Shown here one piece after another: positions 60,923-64,000 of a stretch of DNA of 64,000 nucleotides (its first letter is position 1; each line of letters opens with the position of its first letter). The notes under the pieces were generated by a model, which was not told the origin of the DNA, did not search any database, and worked only from the letters and a program-made list of their open reading frames with translations. The DNA comes from Octopus sinensis (Eukaryota), in contig NC_043003.1 of the NCBI RefSeq assembly GCF_006345805.1, forward strand, positions 29,078,001 through 29,142,000, written 5' to 3'. A program made the position numbers and the translations under genes.

Positions 60923-61242
60923 GTGGAGGCACATGGCTTAGTGGTTAGAGCAGTTGACTCGCGGTCGAGGGATCGCGGGTTCGAATCTCAGACCGAGCGA
61001 TGAGTGTGTTTATGAGCGAAACACCTAAGCTCCACGCGGCTCCGGCAGAAGTTCGCAGAAGGTAATGGCGAACTTCTGCTGACTTTCGCCACAGCTTTCT
61101 CTCACTCTTTCCTCCTGCAACTAGCAGCTCACCTGCGACGGACCGGCGTCCCGTCCAGGTAGGGAACCTATACGCCAAGGAAACCGGGAAACCGGCCTTT
61201 ATGAGCCAGGCATGGCTCGAGAAGGAACAAACAACAACAACA
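60923..61242 (+). mobile_element. tRNA-derived SINE family D, full length, 12-bp TSD
   Basis: TGGCTTAGTGGTTAGAGC, GGTTCGAATCTC, (AAC)n tail; ACCCTCCTATAG at 60911-60922 and 61243-61254. Confidence 0.9.
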
Positions 61243-61931
61243 ACCCTCCTATAGATCTCTTTCGAACCTATAACGATGCAAATACCCAATATTCTGGGAC
61301 CTTGAGCTACTTCCCTTCTCAGTTTGATCAAGAGAGTGATTGACGCCCACATACTGCGAACTGGAAGGCTCTTTCATAGCGTCTTCTTCGCCATTTTTCG
61401 GCATACTGCATTTGCCATTGTAACTGTCGCGACTTCGAGACATTTATATGAACCGCCGTACTATATTCCTTAATTAACGAAATCTGCGAAATGATCTTAA
61501 TTATAAGTAATTAGTAAAACGATCTATGTTAGACAATCTAACACAAAGTGGTCTACGAATCTGAATAAGTGGAACAAAATCGCAGTCATCAAGTGGTTCA
61601 TACAAATTTATCCAATTTGATGTTGATGATTATTAACATTTTGTAAGCCAGAAAAGTTATTTTCTTCAGCAAAAAAAAAAAAAAAAAAAAAAGACAAATG
61701 AATTTTCCCACAAGACATACTAATATCAATAGTAACTAGCTGAGTTTAAGGTATTTTTTTAGCAAAAAATCTTGCTGAATTATGAAGGGAAGACAGGAGG
61801 ATTTTGATGTCACCATGAAGAATTTTGAGGAAGTCGGATTATGCGAGTAAGCAGGCTTGTTTTAGATCTATAAAATGCAGTTAGTTATTTTAATAGATGA
61901 AGAGGAAAATTAGAAACTTCTAACACTGCAG

Positions 61932-62033
61932 AGATTCGGGCTCAAGGACCCATCTTCAGTAGGGTTCAGTCATGGAAATTTGTGTCTGTGGCCGACATGT
62001 ACAGTGATGGTGGGATCGTCGATTTCGAGCAGT
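61932..62033 (+). CDS. Candidate 102-nt symmetric host exon, protein unidentified
   Basis: ttctaacactgcag acceptor with CTAAC and |gtaagt donor; open as (E)IRAQGPIFSRVQSWKFVSVADMYSDGGIVDFEQ (phase 1-1) or RFGLKDPSSVGFSHGNLCLWPTCTVMVGSSISSS (phase 0-0); non-repetitive sequence. Confidence 0.4.
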
Positions 62034-62224
62034 GTAAGTAGTCGCGCGTAGTTGGCACCCAACAAGAAAAGGAATAATTACAGCAATCGATAATTTCAGT
62101 GTGATTTTGGCTGTTAAAGAGAAATTTAAAATAGATATTTCCCTAGATGTTACCTGAAACTGAACTTGAAATCGTTGTCGCCTTTCAAGAAATCAGTCAA
62201 CACCTCCATTATTCTTATCTACAC

Positions 62225-62380
62225 TAGGCACGCGGCCCAAAATTTGGGGGAGGGGGCCAGTCGATTAGATCGGCACCAATACGCAACTGCTACTTAATTT
62301 ATTGATCCCGAAGGATGACAGGCAAAGTCGATCTCGGCGGAATATGAACTCAGAACGTAAAGACAGACGAAATACCGCTA
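62225..62380 (-). mobile_element. 5'-truncated SINE-B
   Basis: Reverse-complement tail and core. Confidence 0.8.
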
Positions 62381-62849
62381 ATGCCTTCTGACGGTAGTGA
62401 TTTGGGGCAAATATTCGCTGTTGTCTCTAGCATGTCAAGTGACCACCTTTGGGTTTCTTCGTTAGCCCTAAGAACAATTGTGAATGTGGGGAGCGTGCTT
62501 ATGTATGTGTCAGTATATATGGCTTTGAGTGTGTGTGTGTGCGAGCGCGCATGTGCAGATGTGTAGTAGAATGATGTAATGTGGATGAGTCAATTTAGCA
62601 AGAAGTGATGGCAACGAGGGTAGCGCTGGATCTATTCTCGTAAACAAACGCTATTTATACGTCCGGTCGTTCAGATAACAGATTTGCAACTGATCCGGCG
62701 TGTAAAGCTGTATAAAGCTGTGTGTATACCAGTTAATGAAGGTACCTCAAAGTGGTCTTTAAGCATGGTAGAAACAACAGCAAAAATAACTACCCTTTAC
62801 ATAATGGAAGGTCAGAATGGATGATTGTAATCCTAGACGTGGATATAGT

Positions 62850-63210
62850 GGAACTCCGTCGGTTACGACGGTGAGCGTTCCAGCTTATCCGATCAACGGA
62901 ACAGCCTGGTCGCGAAGTTAACGTGCTGAGCACTCCACAGACACACGTACCCTTAATGTAATGTACCCTTAATGTAACGCGTACCCTTAATGTAATCTCC
63001 CTGTATCACTCAGGGAGATTCGACGTGACATAGAAAGTGACAAGGCCGGCCCTTTGAAATACAGGTACTACTCATTTTTTGCCAGCTGAGTGGACAGAAG
63101 CAACATGAAATAAAAGTGTCTTGCTCAAGGACACAACGCGCCGCCGGGAATCGAACTCACGACCTTACGATCGTAAGCCGATTACCTTAACCGCTAAGCC
63201 ACGCGACTTC
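62850..63210 (-). mobile_element. SINE-C, full length, with 16-bp internal triplication
   Basis: Reverse complement collinear with 16651-16972; gtacccttaatgtaa(t/c) three times at 62947-62996. Confidence 0.88.
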
Positions 63211-63226
63211 ACTATGGATGTTATAT

Positions 63227-63442
63227 CGTTTCTACTCTAGGCACAAGGCCTGAAATTTGGTGGGGAAAGGTGCCTGTCGATTAGATCGACCTCAGTACGC
63301 AACTGGTACTAAATTTATCGACCCCAAAAGGATGAAAGGTAAAGCCGACCTAGGCGGTATTTGAACTCAGATCGTAGTGGCAGACGAAATATCTCAAAGC
63401 ATTTCGGCCGGCGTGCTATCATTTCTGCCAGATCGCCGCCTT
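63227..63442 (-). mobile_element. SINE-B monomer with 16-bp imperfect TSD
   Basis: actatggatgttatat (63211-63226) and actatggaagtaatat (63443-63458). Confidence 0.85.
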
Positions 63443-64000
63443 ACTATGGAAGTAATATAACTGGATAAAAGATGTAATTAGAACTCTTATGTGAGGTATG
63501 ACCAGTAACACCAACCACAACAACAATAGCTAAACCAATACAGGAACTACTATGTAATCGCTCGACCTGCTGAAAATAGCAACCAAGTTATTCTCAAACC
63601 ACCTCTTCGACAGTAGAAAAGCTGGAGGGAATTTACTGATACAGTTAGTTCCTAGAAAATAAAGCAAGCGATGGAGAGTGGAGTGGTCACTAAAATACCG
63701 AGGAGAGACGCAGGGCTCTAAAATTCTGGGGTGGCTAGATTACTTTCAACCTTTGGTCCAATCGATCATCAACGACATGGAAACGTAACATTAACTACTA
63801 CTGCTACTGCTACTACTGCTACTGCTACTACTACTACTGCGTACTTTAGACGTTCGTTTGTGTAGATAAGTGATTTGCTACGGATCCGGCGCTAGAGCTT
63901 GTTCCAAATATAGAACAGACAATTTATAAATAACACACGTGGTTTACATTAGCACCGTTTTATTTCCGACGTCCTGTTGCCTCTGATTATACACACTTCT

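Noticed and set aside
61249-61443. 64-aa minus-strand ORF in unique sequence
   Set aside because: No recognisable domain and weak splice signals; length is within chance expectation.

Overview
Eukaryotic, repeat-saturated, non-coding DNA, very likely octopus. This call is inferred from the tRNA-derived SINE families and the heavy (TA)n/(CA)n/(GATA)n microsatellite load; no database search was run. No intact protein-coding gene is supported. Almost all ORFs in the track are microsatellite artefacts or decayed transposon frames. The window holds: decayed LINEs (two CR1-like types, an internally deleted RTE, Penelope-like elements); DNA transposon relics (two mariner transposases, hAT/Buster, piggyBac, Helitrons, a Helentron-type element, several MITEs); more than 35 SINE copies or fragments of about 4 families (working labels A-D are mine); a tRNA-Ser(GCT) pseudogene; five long fold-back palindromes; and 2-3 weak candidate + strand host exons. 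The most interesting signal is a set of four short repeat families (working labels H1-H4) carrying minimal type I hammerhead-ribozyme motifs of the Penelope/retrozyme kind. Support includes a tandem 178-bp dimer with a compensatory stem-I change, a core-perfect copy, and a family with the U3/A8 covariant core. Second, SINE-B inserts as whole dimers or trimers, shown by 12-15 bp target-site duplications around the complete multimer.
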